Origin: Methanothermus fervidus DSM 2088
GTDB lineage: Archaea; Methanobacteriota; Methanobacteria; DSM-2088; Methanothermaceae
Length of the DNA: 32,000 bases
Direction of reading: 5' to 3'
Assembly (NCBI GenBank): GCA_000166095.1
Contig: CP002278.1
Coordinates: 960,001 to 992,000, forward strand
This document shows, in pieces, positions 9,852 through 20,924 of the stretch. A program made the position numbers and the translations under genes. Every line of letters begins with the position of its first letter. Position 1 is the first letter of the stretch. The notes under the pieces are model-generated. The model was given only the letters and a program-made list of their open reading frames with translations, was not told the origin of the DNA and ran no database searches.

Positions 9852-10618
9852 AAAATACATTTATAAAGGTCTTAAAAGAAATTGAGCTAGAAAAACCAAT
9901 ATTTATAGAGGCATTGCCTGGTATAGGGCATGTAGGTAAACTAGCTGCAGACCATATAATACATGAATTAAATGCTGAAAAATTTGCAGAACTTTATTCA
10001 CCATCTTTTCCACCACAAGTATTGGTCAAAAAAGATGGAACTATAGAAATGATGAAAAATGAATTTTACTATCTAAAAAATATTGGAGAAAATGAGGATG
10101 ATTACATTATATTAGTTGGAAATACACAAGGATTATCTCCAGAAGGACAATATGAAATTTGTAGTAATGTTATAGATTTCATTGAAAAATTTGATGTGAA
10201 AATGATATATACATTAGGAGGATTAGCTACAGGACAAACTGTTGAAAAACCAAGAGTTTTCGGAGCAGTTACAAATAAAAAACTTGCAGAAAAATTAAAA
10301 AAGCATGATGTAATAATAAGATCAGAAGGTGGAATAGTTGGTGCATCTGGACTACTTCTTGCATTAGGTCAGATGAAAGGAATTGAAGGAGCATGTTTGA
10401 TGGGTGAAACTCCTGGATATTATGTAGATGCAGAAGCTGCAAAAGCATTGCTTGAAAGATTGATGGACATTCTTGGAATTTCAGTAGATACTTCTAAACT
10501 TGAAGAAAGAGCTAAGAAAATTAGGAAAGTATTACATAAGGCTAAACGCCTGGAAGAAGAAATGTTAGAACGTATGAAACCTAAAGCTGGTGACGAAGAC
10601 TTAAGATACATCGGATAA
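9848..10618 (+). CDS. PAC2-family proteasome assembly chaperone-like protein
   Basis: [39 protein letters not shown]...; conserved after nop10; C-terminus ...DLRYIG. Confidence 0.85.
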   Translation: MKNTFIKVLKEIELEKPIFIEALPGIGHVGKLAADHIIHELNAEKFAELYSPSFPPQVLVKKDGTIEMMKNEFYYLKNIGENEDDYIILVGNTQGLSPEGQYEICSNVIDFIEKFDVKMIYTLGGLATGQTVEKPRVFGAVTNKKLAEKLKKHDVIIRSEGGIVGASGLLLALGQMKGIEGACLMGETPGYYVDAEAAKALLERLMDILGISVDTSKLEERAKKIRKVLHKAKRLEEEMLERMKPKAGDEDLRYIG

Positions 10619-10620
10619 AT

Positions 10621-11784
10621 ATGATTGTTAATGTGGATTTACACATACATAGCTGTTTTTCTCAAGCTGCTTCAAAACACATGGTAATACCTAAAATTGC
10701 AACTTGTGCTAAATCTAAAGGTTTAGATATTGTTGGCACTGGTGATGCATTACATCCACGTTGGTTAAAAATGATAAAAGAAAATACTGAATGTATAGAT
10801 GAAGGTATATATAGATATGATGAATGTAATTTTGCAATTACAGTAGAAATTGAAGATATGAAAAAAGTACATCATCTTGCAATACTACCATCTATTGAAA
10901 CAGCTGAAGATATTATTGAAGAGATATCTTCTGATAATTTAATGAAGAATGGAAGGCCACATCTTTCATTAAATGGAGCAGAAATAATGGATCTCATTCA
11001 TGACCATGATGGCATTATAGGACCTGCTCATGCTTTTACACCTTGGACAAGCCTATATAAGACATATTATAGTTATAAAGAATGTTATGGAAAAAAACCT
11101 GATTTTTTAGAGCTTGGATTATCAGCAGATACAAATATGGCAGATAGAATTGAAGAATTGCAAGACATTGTATTTTTAACAAACTCTGATGCACATTCTC
11201 CTTGGCCACATAGGTTAGGTCGAGAATTTAATAGATTAAAATTGGATGATTTTTCATATACATCCTTAAAAAAATCTATAAAAAAGAAAAAAATAGAAGC
11301 TAATTATGGTATGGATCCGAGATTAGGAAAATATCATTTAACAGCATGTTCTCGTTGTCATAAAGTTTTCGATTATGAAACAGCTGTTAAATTGAAAATG
11401 AGATGTATATGTGGTGGAATAATAAAGAAAGGTGTTGATTACCGTATTTCTGAAATTGCAACATGGGAAAAACCCCATCATCCACCACACAGACCTCCTT
11501 ACATCTACATATTGCCTCTCACCGAAATAATAAGTAAAAGATATGGAAAAGGAATTAATACTAAATTCGTGTGGAATAAATGGAAAGAATTTATTGATAA
11601 TTTTGGAAATGAAATAAAAGTTTTACTTGAAGAACCTATATATGAATTAGAAAAGGTAGATAGAAAAGTCGCACTAGGAATTAAGGCCTTTAGAAACAAC
11701 GAATTAATTATAACCCCTGGTGGTGGAGGAAAGTACGGAGAAATACAATTTCCAGGAAATACATTAGATGCCTACATCAAATAA
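10621..11784 (+). CDS. endoQ: Endonuclease Q (PHP-domain, TIGR00375-like)
   Basis: VDLHIHSCFSQAASKHMVIPKIATCAKSKGLDIVGTGDALHPRW...GPAHAFTPW..., zinc-binding CSRCHKVFDY...CICGGIIKKGVDYR. Confidence 0.86.
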   Translation: MIVNVDLHIHSCFSQAASKHMVIPKIATCAKSKGLDIVGTGDALHPRWLKMIKENTECIDEGIYRYDECNFAITVEIEDMKKVHHLAILPSIETAEDIIEEISSDNLMKNGRPHLSLNGAEIMDLIHDHDGIIGPAHAFTPWTSLYKTYYSYKECYGKKPDFLELGLSADTNMADRIEELQDIVFLTNSDAHSPWPHRLGREFNRLKLDDFSYTSLKKSIKKKKIEANYGMDPRLGKYHLTACSRCHKVFDYETAVKLKMRCICGGIIKKGVDYRISEIATWEKPHHPPHRPPYIYILPLTEIISKRYGKGINTKFVWNKWKEFIDNFGNEIKVLLEEPIYELEKVDRKVALGIKAFRNNELIITPGGGGKYGEIQFPGNTLDAYIK

Positions 11785-11789
11785 GATTA

Positions 11790-11864
11790 CGGACCCGGCG
11801 GGATTTGAACCCGCGACCTTCGGATTAGGAGTCCGACGCCCTATCCAGGCTAGGCTACGGGCCC
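11790..11864 (-). tRNA. tRNA-Arg (CCT)
   Basis: Minus-strand GGGCCCGTAGCCTAGCCTGGATAGGGCGTCGGACTCCTAATCCGAAGGTCGCGGGTTCAAATCCCGCCGGGTCCG; loop CTCCTAA; 7-bp acceptor stem with one G-U. Confidence 0.96.
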
Positions 11865-11876
11865 ATCTACAATTTT

Positions 11877-13295
11877 TTATTTTTCAAATATATAATTTTT
11901 TAATTTATTTAAAAATTTTTTATATTTAGGTTCTATATATGTTCGAAATGTTGTCTCAATAAAGACTTTAAACATCCATGGATGTTTGATAAGATAGGAA
12001 GGTCGTGCATAAAATTTCACATATGCTTTCTCTAATATTTTTTTAACTAATTTCTTACTTAACCCTAATTTTTCATATTTTATCACGGGATTTAAGACTG
12101 TATACTCCTCCCAATTTTCATTTATTAATCCTTTTCTTTTTAATTTATAGTAGATTGGAGTTCCAGGAAATGGTGTCAAAATGCTATATTGACAATAATC
12201 AGGATCTAATTTTATTGAAAAATCTATGGTTTTATTCATTTCATCTAGAGTTTCACCAGGATATCCAAACATAAAAGATGTGACAGTTTGCAAGTTTAAA
12301 TTCTTAGCAACTTTAACAGCATCTTTTATTTGTTTTAATGTTATACCCTTTTTCATTAAATTAAGTACTCTTTGAGATCCAGATTCTGCTCCATAATATA
12401 TCCTATTAAGACCTACAGTTTTCAAATTTTTTAATGTATCTCTATTTATTGTATCTACACGTGAAGAAATTGTAAAATCTATATCTAAATCTCTATTTTT
12501 TAATTCATTGCAAAATTCCTCGATACGACGACGATGAATTGTAAATGTATCATCTAAAAATGTTATTTCCCTTACATTATAGTCATTTACCAATTCTTCT
12601 ATTTCATCCACAATATTTTCAGCACTACGATATCTAAATCTCTTGCCCATCATCTTTGATGAGGAACAATACTCACAATTATATGGGCAACCTCTTGAAC
12701 TTATAATACCTCCTGTCTCCTCAGATAAATTATATTCCTTAAAAGGCACAAGATGTCTTGCTGGAAAAGGAATTTCATCTAAGTTTTCAATAAGAGGTCT
12801 TGGATCGTTTATATGTAATCTTTCATCATTGTCTCTATATGCTATCCCTCTTATTTTCTCTAAACATTTTTTCCCTTTACTCTCATATTCTAATGCTAAT
12901 TCCTTAAAAGTTTCTTCCCCTTCTCCAATTACAACGACATCTAACTCTGGACATTCCCTTAGAGTTTTAATAGGTAAAAAAGTTGCATGGGGGCCTCCAA
13001 TCACAGTTAATATATTGGGAAGCAATTTTTTAATGGATTTTATATATTCTAGAGCCTTCTTAATTAATGGGGTTGTTGCAGTCACTCCTACAATTGAAGG
13101 GTTTAATTTTTTAATAATCTTTGTAACTTTTTTTATACCCCATTCCTTAAGGTTATCATCAATTATTCCAACAGATAGTGAAGCACTTTCTAATGAAGAA
13201 GCCAAATACATCAAATTAAGTGGAGGAACCTTATATCTTAATTTTTCTTTTATGTCTGTGGTGTCTAGAGGATTTATTAATATAACGTCTTTCAT
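11877..13295 (-). CDS. B12-binding-domain radical SAM protein (BchE/P-methylase-like)
   Basis: N-terminal Rossmann-like ...[15 protein letters not shown]...[11 protein letters not shown]; radical [15 protein letters not shown]. Confidence 0.88.
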   Translation of the reverse strand: MKDVILINPLDTTDIKEKLRYKVPPLNLMYLASSLESASLSVGIIDDNLKEWGIKKVTKIIKKLNPSIVGVTATTPLIKKALEYIKSIKKLLPNILTVIGGPHATFLPIKTLRECPELDVVVIGEGEETFKELALEYESKGKKCLEKIRGIAYRDNDERLHINDPRPLIENLDEIPFPARHLVPFKEYNLSEETGGIISSRGCPYNCEYCSSSKMMGKRFRYRSAENIVDEIEELVNDYNVREITFLDDTFTIHRRRIEEFCNELKNRDLDIDFTISSRVDTINRDTLKNLKTVGLNRIYYGAESGSQRVLNLMKKGITLKQIKDAVKVAKNLNLQTVTSFMFGYPGETLDEMNKTIDFSIKLDPDYCQYSILTPFPGTPIYYKLKRKGLINENWEEYTVLNPVIKYEKLGLSKKLVKKILEKAYVKFYARPSYLIKHPWMFKVFIETTFRTYIEPKYKKFLNKLKNYIFEK

Positions 13296-14694
13296 TCTTT
13301 ATCTCCATCCATTTTTCATTATGGATACAACCAGGATCAGGTGCACAAACATCTGAGAAATAAGCATAAGCTCTAGCACGGCAACCTCCACAAATATCAC
13401 GATTTACACAAGTTTTACAATGCCCCTTTAACAGGTTTCTATTTCTTAATTTCCATAACACTTCATTTTTTTCCCATATTTCTCTAAAATCATCCTCTAG
13501 TATATTACCTAATTTTACATGTTCATCATGTGGGAAAAAGACACAAGGATAAATATCTCCATTAGGTTCAAGACTTAAATAAAATCTGCCAGCACCACAT
13601 CCTCCAATGAAGTCTGCCAGTTGTCTAATTTCATTGCTTTCATATTTAGGGTTGTAAAAGTGTGTAGGTATGATTTCCCCAGATTTTTTAGTTGCAACAG
13701 ATGCAAATTGTGGTGCAGTAGATAATATTTCAATTTCTCTTTCATAATTTAAAGCATAAATTTTCTCTAATAATCTGTATCTATCTTTAGGACTGATATC
13801 CATATCTACATTTTTTGAACCTCTACCTACAGGGACAAAATTATAAAGCATTAACCAATCTGCTCCTAATTTCTCGACAAGATCTACCATTCCCAATATT
13901 TCTTTATAATTATTTTTTGTGACTGTCGTTGCTACCTCTACAAACACCTCAGTTTTAGAAAAATTCTTTATAGCCTCACAAGCTCTTTTCCATGCCCCAT
14001 TAACACCTCTAAATTCATCATGTGTTTTAGGATTAAGACCATCTAAAGATATTTGCACAAACTTAAGTCCAGCTTCTTCAAATTCTTTACATCGTTCTTT
14101 ATTGGAAAATATAAAACCATTTGTTGCCATGGCTACATATAATCCTTTTTCACTTGCATATTCAATATAATCAAGAATATTTGGATGTATACTTGGTTCT
14201 CCACCAGAAAATGCCAATATCGGAATTTTTTCACTTGAAATGATGTCAATAATATTCATTACATCTTCTTTCCCTAATTCTTCAGAATTTCCTTTAGACT
14301 CATAACAATGTTTACAATTCATATTACATCTTTGTGTAATATTCCAAACTACCTGGAATGGAGAACCAGGGACAAAAGGCTTTTTAACACCAAATGTTGC
14401 TATACCTTTAAGCACGTTTATTAATCCCATCGTCCAATATGGATCTTTCATCCTTTCTTTTACTTCTTCTTCGTCAACTCCAAAGGCTTCTGATCCTTTT
14501 TTAATTATATATCCCAAAATGTACGAGTCTAATTTACAAAGGAGACATTTATTATCTCCAGTTATATAATGCTCCAATGCAGCCTCTAATTTACTTTTAT
14601 TATCTTTTTTACATTTAGATAACATATGTCTTATTAAAAATTTAGAAATAGGATTATCAACAATTTTTTTGAATGTATGTATCATTTTATCCAT
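13231..14694 (-). CDS. Radical SAM/SPASM-domain protein
   Basis: [16 protein letters not shown] (CxxxCxxC); SPASM Cys cluster CGAGR...YPCVFF...[20 protein letters not shown]...DPGC. The ATG at 14694 is preferred. Confidence 0.9.
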   Translation of the reverse strand: MDKMIHTFKKIVDNPISKFLIRHMLSKCKKDNKSKLEAALEHYITGDNKCLLCKLDSYILGYIIKKGSEAFGVDEEEVKERMKDPYWTMGLINVLKGIATFGVKKPFVPGSPFQVVWNITQRCNMNCKHCYESKGNSEELGKEDVMNIIDIISSEKIPILAFSGGEPSIHPNILDYIEYASEKGLYVAMATNGFIFSNKERCKEFEEAGLKFVQISLDGLNPKTHDEFRGVNGAWKRACEAIKNFSKTEVFVEVATTVTKNNYKEILGMVDLVEKLGADWLMLYNFVPVGRGSKNVDMDISPKDRYRLLEKIYALNYEREIEILSTAPQFASVATKKSGEIIPTHFYNPKYESNEIRQLADFIGGCGAGRFYLSLEPNGDIYPCVFFPHDEHVKLGNILEDDFREIWEKNEVLWKLRNRNLLKGHCKTCVNRDICGGCRARAYAYFSDVCAPDPGCIHNEKWMEIKNERRYINKSSRHHRHKRKIKI

Positions 14695-14856
14695 GAAACT
14701 CCCCTCAAAAATAAACACTATTCACAATTTTTTATATTTTAAATTATAAAAATTTTATCATAAAATATTGATATTCAAAAGACAATTTTTTTATTATATC
14801 TGAAAAAATTGAACAAAATAACAACTAAAAACTTAAATTTGACTTTTCATGCTGTG

Positions 14857-14917
14857 TCAGAGTTCAGCCTTTTCATCATGACTTAAAAACATGTTCAGAT
14901 TTTTCGGCCTTCATCAT
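14857..14917 (-). ncRNA. Archaeal C/D box sRNA (putative 2'-O-methylation guide)
   Basis: Minus strand ATGATGA(C) - AGGCCGAAAAAT(12) - CTGA(D') - ACATGTTTTTAAGTC(15) - ATGATGA(C') - AAAGGCTGAACT(12) - CTGA(D); 61 nt, intergenic. Confidence 0.78.
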
Positions 14918-14971
14918 CATAAAAAATTTAATTTTCAAGAAAAAATAAAATTATTGTAATATGGTGAGAAC

Positions 14972-15304
14972 ATGGAAAAGGTAAAATTAATTTTTTATTT
15001 CATCCTGGGTGGGATTGTTGTAGCTTTAACTACCTATTTTGGAAGTGAAAGAAGAGGAATATTAGCGGCTTTTATTGCAATGTTTCCATCTGTAACAGTT
15101 CTTACGTTATTAACAATTTATCTGGAAGCTGGAACAGATTCTGTAATTTCATATGTTAAAGGCCTGCTTTTATTGACACCGCCTTGGATGCTTTATCTTT
15201 TATCTTTAGTTTACATATTGCCAAGATATGGATTTTTAACTGCTATATTGGTAGGTGTAATAATCTATTTTTCCCTGGCTTCAATTCTTATGTTTTTAAT
15301 TTAA
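14972..15304 (+). CDS. Small integral membrane protein (DUF3147-like organisation)
   Basis: Several hydrophobic helices; GGIVVALTTYFGSERRGILAAFIAMFPSVTVLTL. Confidence 0.55.
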   Translation: MEKVKLIFYFILGGIVVALTTYFGSERRGILAAFIAMFPSVTVLTLLTIYLEAGTDSVISYVKGLLLLTPPWMLYLLSLVYILPRYGFLTAILVGVIIYFSLASILMFLI

Positions 15305-15309
15305 GTAAG

Positions 15310-15651
15310 TTATACACCATCTACTTCTAAAAGTTCAAAAAATTCTTTTACTATTTCTTTAGATAATGAATCCATATTTTTAATGTTTCCATCTTCTGGG
15401 CAATATATAGATGCTTTTTTATCATTTGAAGCATAGATAATTATTTTCTCTTTACCCCATTGGCGTAAAGGATCTATTACTAAAATATCAAGGTTCTCAT
15501 AATATTCTATACTTACAAAACCACCACAGCCAGCAGGATATATTATCATGGTTCTTAATGGAGTTTCTATCTCTCTACAGGTCTTTAAAAATTTAGGAAA
15601 TGGTTTGCCATTTTTTACAACATTCATTATATTTTTTATCTTCTCCATCAA
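15310..15651 (-). CDS. Hypothetical protein
   Basis: Complete ORF on its own between the membrane protein and the frh promoter; no recognised family. Confidence 0.55.
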   Translation of the reverse strand: MMEKIKNIMNVVKNGKPFPKFLKTCREIETPLRTMIIYPAGCGGFVSIEYYENLDILVIDPLRQWGKEKIIIYASNDKKASIYCPEDGNIKNMDSLSKEIVKEFFELLEVDGV

Positions 15652-15787
15652 ACTTACATCTCCTTATTTTACTTTATAAAATTTAGTAATACTAATCATT
15701 TTAATTTTAAGCATTTATTATATAATAATACAATTTTATTATTTCTATATAAACTTTTTTATTTAACAAGTATTTGAAAATTTTATA

Positions 15788-15807
15788 ACTGGTTATGAAT
15801 AACCAGT
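15788..15807. promoter_or_regulatory. Perfect inverted repeat ACTGGTTAT-GA-ATAACCAGT upstream of frhA
   Basis: 9-bp arms, 2-nt spacer, 30 nt before the inferred TTG start; TATA-like TCTATATAAA about 35 to 45 bp upstream of it. Confidence 0.55.
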
Positions 15808-15837
15808 ATAACATAAAATTACTATGAGGTGAATTTT

Positions 15838-17064
15838 TTGGCAGAAAGAGTTGTTATTTCACCTACTTCTAGACAGGAAGGTCATGCAGAATTAGTAATG
15901 GAAGTGGATGATGAAGGAATAGTAACCAAAGGATATTATTTTTCAATAACTCCTGTAAGAGGACTTGAAAAAATGGTATTAGGTAAAGATCCAGAAACAG
16001 CGCCAGTTCTTACACAAAGGATTTGTGGAGTATGTCCTATTCCTCATACTTTAGCTTCAACAGAGGCTATAGAAGACTCCTTAGGAATTGAAATTCCAGA
16101 AACAGCTCGTCTATTAAGAGAATTGCTTTGCGCTGCTCACCATATAAACAGTCATGCCATCCATCAGTTCTTGATAGCAAAAGATTTTGTACCAGAAGAA
16201 AAAATGAAAGATGTAATAAATTCAATTTCAGAGATTAGGAAAAATGCACAATACGTTGTTGAAAAAGTAGGTGGTGAGGGAATACATCCTCCAGATGTAC
16301 GTATAGGTGGAATGGCAAAAAATATAACAGAACTAACACGAAAGAGAGCATATGCTAAATTAAAACAATTAGCTCCTAAATTAAATGAACATGTAGAGCA
16401 GATGATAGAATTTATTGAGGAAAAAGGATTACCTAAAGGTTTAGGTGCACATGACCAACCAACATTTGCTACTCATCCAATATATGGGGATAGAGAAAAA
16501 TTCGATTTAGAAAGATTTACAGAAGTCATGCCTGAAAGTTGGTATGATGATCCAGAAATAGGAAAACGTGCATGTTCAACTATACCTCTTTACGATGGTA
16601 GAAATGTAGAGGTAGGTCCCAGAGCAAGACTTGTTGAATTTCAAGGATTTAAAGATAAAGGAGTGGTAGCACAACACATTGCTCGTGCTTTAGAAATGAA
16701 AACAGCGCTTGCAAGGGCTCTTAATATTCTCGACAAATTAAACACAAGTGCAAGAGTTAGAGTTGATTATGATGACAGAGGATCTGGAAAGTTAGGATTA
16801 GGAGTTATTGAAGCTCCAAGAGGCACTGATATCCATATGGCCAAAGTTGAAAATGGTAAAATACAATACTACAATGCATTAGTTCCAACAACATGGAATA
16901 TTCCAACGATTGGTCAAGCAACTGAAGGTTATCATCATAAGTATGGCCCACATGTTGTTAGAGCATATGATCCTTGCTTATCATGTGCAACTCATGTCAT
17001 TGTTAAGGACAAAGAAGGCATTGTAAAGCAAGGAATATTTGATGGTGTTAGTTGCAATGTATGA
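15838..17064 (+). CDS. frhA: Coenzyme F420 hydrogenase subunit alpha ([NiFe] large subunit)
   Basis: [12 protein letters not shown]-terminal and [10 protein letters not shown]-terminal Ni-binding motifs; TTG start preceded by GAGGTG. Confidence 0.95.
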   Translation: MAERVVISPTSRQEGHAELVMEVDDEGIVTKGYYFSITPVRGLEKMVLGKDPETAPVLTQRICGVCPIPHTLASTEAIEDSLGIEIPETARLLRELLCAAHHINSHAIHQFLIAKDFVPEEKMKDVINSISEIRKNAQYVVEKVGGEGIHPPDVRIGGMAKNITELTRKRAYAKLKQLAPKLNEHVEQMIEFIEEKGLPKGLGAHDQPTFATHPIYGDREKFDLERFTEVMPESWYDDPEIGKRACSTIPLYDGRNVEVGPRARLVEFQGFKDKGVVAQHIARALEMKTALARALNILDKLNTSARVRVDYDDRGSGKLGLGVIEAPRGTDIHMAKVENGKIQYYNALVPTTWNIPTIGQATEGYHHKYGPHVVRAYDPCLSCATHVIVKDKEGIVKQGIFDGVSCNV

Positions 17065-17533
17065 TGCAGAAATACTGGTAGTTGGATGTGGAAACATATT
17101 GTTTAAGGATGATGGCTTTGGTCCAATTGTAATTAAAGAATTAGAGAAATATATAGAAGAAAACAATATAAAATTGCCAAAGAATGTAAAAATTATTGAT
17201 GGAGGAACTGGAGCTACTTATCACATCTTTTCTCTTCCATCTGAGTCTTGGAAAAAAATAATTGTTGTAGATGTTGTAGAGTTTGATGCTAAGCCAGGAA
17301 CTGTCAAAAAGTTTAACATAGATGAGCTTCCAAAAGGAAAATACGAAAATCCACATTCATGGCCAGTGACAGATCCTTTACATGAATTATCTAAAAAAAT
17401 AGATATTGTAGTGATTGGTTGTAAACCCAAAAAAATTTCTGCACCATATGTTGAGGAAGGACTTACACCTCCTGTGAAAAAATCTGTTCAAAAGGCAATT
17501 AAAATGATATTAGAAGAAATTGGGGTTTTTTAG
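17057..17533 (+). CDS. frhD: F420 hydrogenase maturation protease
   Basis: [25 protein letters not shown]...; located between frhA and frhG. The ATG at 17057 is preferred. Confidence 0.93.
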   Translation: MYDAEILVVGCGNILFKDDGFGPIVIKELEKYIEENNIKLPKNVKIIDGGTGATYHIFSLPSESWKKIIVVDVVEFDAKPGTVKKFNIDELPKGKYENPHSWPVTDPLHELSKKIDIVVIGCKPKKISAPYVEEGLTPPVKKSVQKAIKMILEEIGVF

Positions 17534-18298
17534 ATGAGTATAAGTAATAAAATTAAAAAAATGTTGGGACTTAAGTCTGAAAGTGCTGAGGAGGTTAAAG
17601 AGATGAAAAAACCAAAAATAGGGTATATACATTTAAGTGGTTGTACTGGCTGCCTTATGTCTCTAACAGAGAATTATGATCTTTTGGCGGATCTATTAGA
17701 CATGGTAGAGATTGTGTATGGTCACACACTAGTTGATGTTTGGGAAATGCCTGAAATGGATCTAGCATTAGTTGAGGGTAGTGTCTGTATACAAGATGAG
17801 CATAGTGTAGAAGAACTTATGGAAGCCAGAGAAAAAGCTGACCTTTTATGTGCATTAGGATCTTGTGCAATGACTGGAGGATTCACAAGATATGCACGTG
17901 GTGGACAACAGGCACAACCTTCACATGAATCATTTTTACCTATCAGTGAATTAGTTAAAGTAGATTTAGCAATTCCTGGTTGCCCTCCATCACCAGAGAT
18001 CATTGCAAAAACACTTACTGCATATATAAAAGAAGATATGGATTATCTCAAACCTCTCATGGATTTACCAAAACATAATGAGCTTTGTGGTTGTGACTTA
18101 CAAAACGAAGTTGTTAATAAGGCATTATGCTGTGGTTGTGGAAGTTGTGCAATGGCATGTCAAACGAGAGCAATAGAGATGGTCAATGGCAGGCCAGAAA
18201 TCAATACCAACCGATGTATAAAATGTGGTGTATGTTACGTACATTGTCCAAGGACATGGTGGCCTGAAGAACAGATAAAAAGTGAATTAGAGTTATAA
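17534..18298 (+). CDS. frhG: Coenzyme F420 hydrogenase subunit gamma
   Basis: [17 protein letters not shown] small-subunit motif plus two C-terminal 4Fe-4S motifs. Confidence 0.95.
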   Translation: MSISNKIKKMLGLKSESAEEVKEMKKPKIGYIHLSGCTGCLMSLTENYDLLADLLDMVEIVYGHTLVDVWEMPEMDLALVEGSVCIQDEHSVEELMEAREKADLLCALGSCAMTGGFTRYARGGQQAQPSHESFLPISELVKVDLAIPGCPPSPEIIAKTLTAYIKEDMDYLKPLMDLPKHNELCGCDLQNEVVNKALCCGCGSCAMACQTRAIEMVNGRPEINTNRCIKCGVCYVHCPRTWWPEEQIKSELEL

Positions 18299-18310
18299 AA
18301 GGTGTTATAA

Positions 18311-19153
18311 ATGGTTTTAGGAAAATATGTTGAGGCTGTAGCAGCAAAATGTAAAGATAAAGAAATACAAAAAGTATCACAAGATGGTGGTGTAGTAAGC
18401 GGACTTCTAATTTATGCATTAGAGGAAGGAATAATAGAAGGTGCGGTAGTTTCAAAAGTAACTGATGAACCTTGGAAACCACAGCCACATATTGCTACCA
18501 CTAGAGATGAAATTTTAGCTGCAGCAGGTACAAAGTATACAATGTGTCCAAATGTATGGATGATAAAGGAAGCCACAAGACAATATGGAATTGAAAAATT
18601 GGGAATTGTTGGTGTGCCCTGCCAAATAGGAGCAGTCAGAAAAATGCAGACATACCCATTTGGAGCAAGATTTGTTCCAGATAAAATTAAGTTAATCGTT
18701 GGAATCTACTGTATGGAAAACTTTCCATATTCATCATTAGAAACTTTTGTTTCAGAGAAAATGAACCTTAGTCTTGATATTGTGGACAAAATGGATATAG
18801 GTAAAGGGAAATTCTGGGCATACACAGTTGATGAAACAGCAACAATTCCATTGAAAGAAACACATGGTTATGAACAAAGCAGTTGTAAAGTTTGTAATGA
18901 TTATACAGCTGAACTCGCTGATATTTCCACAGGGTCTGTTGGTACACCAGATGGATGGTCAACAGTTTTAACACGGACAAAATTTGGTGACAAATTATTT
19001 AAGGAAGCTGTGGAGGTAGGAATGTTTGAAACAAAACCAATAGAGGAAGTTAAACCAGGATTAGGATTGCTAAAAAAACTAGCTAAACAGAAAAAGGAAA
19101 GAGCAGAAAAAACAATTGAAGAAAGAAAGAAATTAGGGCTTCCTGTGCCCTAA
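18311..19153 (+). CDS. frhB: Coenzyme F420 hydrogenase subunit beta
   Basis: [25 protein letters not shown]...[11 protein letters not shown]...[10 protein letters not shown]...[20 protein letters not shown]. Confidence 0.95.
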   Translation: MVLGKYVEAVAAKCKDKEIQKVSQDGGVVSGLLIYALEEGIIEGAVVSKVTDEPWKPQPHIATTRDEILAAAGTKYTMCPNVWMIKEATRQYGIEKLGIVGVPCQIGAVRKMQTYPFGARFVPDKIKLIVGIYCMENFPYSSLETFVSEKMNLSLDIVDKMDIGKGKFWAYTVDETATIPLKETHGYEQSSCKVCNDYTAELADISTGSVGTPDGWSTVLTRTKFGDKLFKEAVEVGMFETKPIEEVKPGLGLLKKLAKQKKERAEKTIEERKKLGLPVP

Positions 19154-19534
19154 TTACTTTTTTGGCACTAGTTTCCCAGATGCTACCAATCTACATATAT
19201 CTGTTTTTGTTATTACTCCTACCTCTTTATTGTTTTTTGTAACTAACAATCCAGAGACATCAGACCTTAACATCAAATTTGCTGCAACTTTAATGTCTTT
19301 TTCTGCAGGTATTTTTATAGGTTTTTTAGTCATTATGTCCTTAATTTTAATTTTTTTATTGGAAATATCAATTCCAGCAATGTCTGTGTATGATATTACA
19401 CCAATTATTTTTTTGTTTTGTGTTACAAAAAGCCTCCTTACACCTTTTTTAAACATTTTTTTAACAGCTTCTATTGGGTGCTCAGAAGCATCTATTGTTA
19501 TAATATCTTTATTCATTACTTCCTCTACTCTCAT
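19154..19534 (-). CDS. Two-CBS-domain protein
   Basis: VEEVMNKDIITI...GVRRLFVTQNKKIIGVISYTDI... second CBS IKDIMTKKPIKIP....GLLVTKNNKEVGVITKTDI. Confidence 0.9.
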   Translation of the reverse strand: MRVEEVMNKDIITIDASEHPIEAVKKMFKKGVRRLFVTQNKKIIGVISYTDIAGIDISNKKIKIKDIMTKKPIKIPAEKDIKVAANLMLRSDVSGLLVTKNNKEVGVITKTDICRLVASGKLVPKK

Positions 19535-19624
19535 GAATATTCCCCTAAAAAATTTTAGCGCCGAAAAAATTATATAGTGTAAATATATTTAACTTAAATT
19601 GGATAAAAATAATGAATTTAAAAT

Positions 19625-19698
19625 GGGCCCGTAGCTCAGTCTGGCAGAGCGTCTGGCTCTTAACCAGATGGTCGCGGGTTCAAATCCCGTCGGGCCCG
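19625..19698 (+). tRNA. tRNA-Lys (CTT)
   Basis: GGGCCCGTAGCTCAGTCTGGCAGAGCGTCTGGCTCTTAACCAGATGGTCGCGGGTTCAAATCCCGTCGGGCCCG; loop CTCTTAA. Confidence 0.97.
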
Positions 19699-19706
19699 CT
19701 CAAAAT

Positions 19707-19778
19707 AGTCCCGTGGGGTAGTGGTAATCCTGCCAGGCTCTGGACCTGGCGACGGCGGTTCGAATCCGCCCGGGACTA
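19707..19778 (+). tRNA. tRNA-Gln (CTG)
   Basis: AGTCCCGTGGGGTAGTGGTAATCCTGCCAGGCTCTGGACCTGGCGACGGCGGTTCGAATCCGCCCGGGACTA; loop CTCTGGA. Confidence 0.96.
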
Positions 19779-19901
19779 TTTTTTATCATTTTTGCCTGAT
19801 TTTAACAAAATATATATATTGGACAATGTTAGGTATGTAAGGGGATTAATAAAATTCTAGAAAAGTCCTGATTTTTAATTAAAAAAGGAGGAGACCAACC
19901 G

Positions 19902-20924
19902 ATGACATGCAGCGTATTAGTCGGTGGAGAATGGGGAGATGAAGGAAAAGGTAAATGTATAACCTATTTATGCCATGTTGATAAACCAGATATTGTAGCA
20001 AGGGCTGGAGTAGGTCCAAATGCTGGGCATACTGTGGAGTATAAAGGCAAAAAATATGCAGTAAGATTGACACCTTCTGGATTTATACATAAAGATGCAA
20101 AATTATTGATAGGTGCTGGTGTACTAATAGATCCAGAAGTTTTCTTACATGAGATGGAATATTTAAAAGAATATGAAGTTGATAAGAGAACATTTATTGA
20201 TTACAGGTGTGCAGTAATAGAAAAGAAACACAAAGAATTGGATAGGAAGTCTAGTCATTTATCTGAGAAGATAGGAACCACAGGTACTGGTTGTGGCCCA
20301 GCAAATGCTGATAGAGTTATGAGAAAAGCCAAATTAGCCAAACAAATTTCAGAGTTAAGTAAATATTTAACCAATGTTGCAGAGGAAATTAATGAAGCAA
20401 TTGACAATGATAAGGACGTAATTATCGAAGGTTCACAAGGTTTTGGCTTGTCATTATATTATGGCACTTATCCATATGTAACAAGTAAAGATACTACTGC
20501 AAGCTCAGCTGCAGCTGACGTTGGTGTAGGTCCTACCAAAATTGACGAAGTTATTGTAGTTTTTAAAGCATATGCTACAAGAGTTGGAGAAGGACCATTT
20601 CCAACAGAAATTAGCCAAGATGAAGCAAAAAAAATGGGAATCGTTGAATATGGGACAGTGACGGGTAGACCTCGCAGGGTAGGCTTGTTTGACATGGAAT
20701 TAGCCAAAGAATCATGCATGATAAACGGCGCAACTCAAATAGCACTTACTTGTGTTGATAAATTGTACCCCGACTGTGGAAGAGTTAAAAAATATGAGGA
20801 TTTATCTGTAGAAGCAAAGAGATTCATAGAAAGAATTGAGGAAGAAACTGGAGTGCCAGTAACAATAATATCTACAGGTCCAGATGTTGAGGATACTATT
20901 GATTTAAGAAAAGAGCTAATATAA
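19902..20924 (+). CDS. purA: Adenylosuccinate synthetase
   Basis: [16 protein letters not shown]...[14 protein letters not shown]...; strong Shine-Dalgarno AGGAGG upstream. Confidence 0.95.
   Translation: MTCSVLVGGEWGDEGKGKCITYLCHVDKPDIVARAGVGPNAGHTVEYKGKKYAVRLTPSGFIHKDAKLLIGAGVLIDPEVFLHEMEYLKEYEVDKRTFIDYRCAVIEKKHKELDRKSSHLSEKIGTTGTGCGPANADRVMRKAKLAKQISELSKYLTNVAEEINEAIDNDKDVIIEGSQGFGLSLYYGTYPYVTSKDTTASSAAADVGVGPTKIDEVIVVFKAYATRVGEGPFPTEISQDEAKKMGIVEYGTVTGRPRRVGLFDMELAKESCMINGATQIALTCVDKLYPDCGRVKKYEDLSVEAKRFIERIEEETGVPVTIISTGPDVEDTIDLRKELI

Noticed and set aside
12643-13356. Plus-strand ORF of 237 aa opposite the B12 radical SAM gene
   Set aside because: Antisense shadow of a clearly homologous gene; composition and lack of motifs argue against coding.
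15852-15900. Possible second C/D sRNA (GGATGATGAAGG in frhA)
   Set aside because: Has an ATGATGA but no CTGA at proper spacing and lies inside a conserved coding region.
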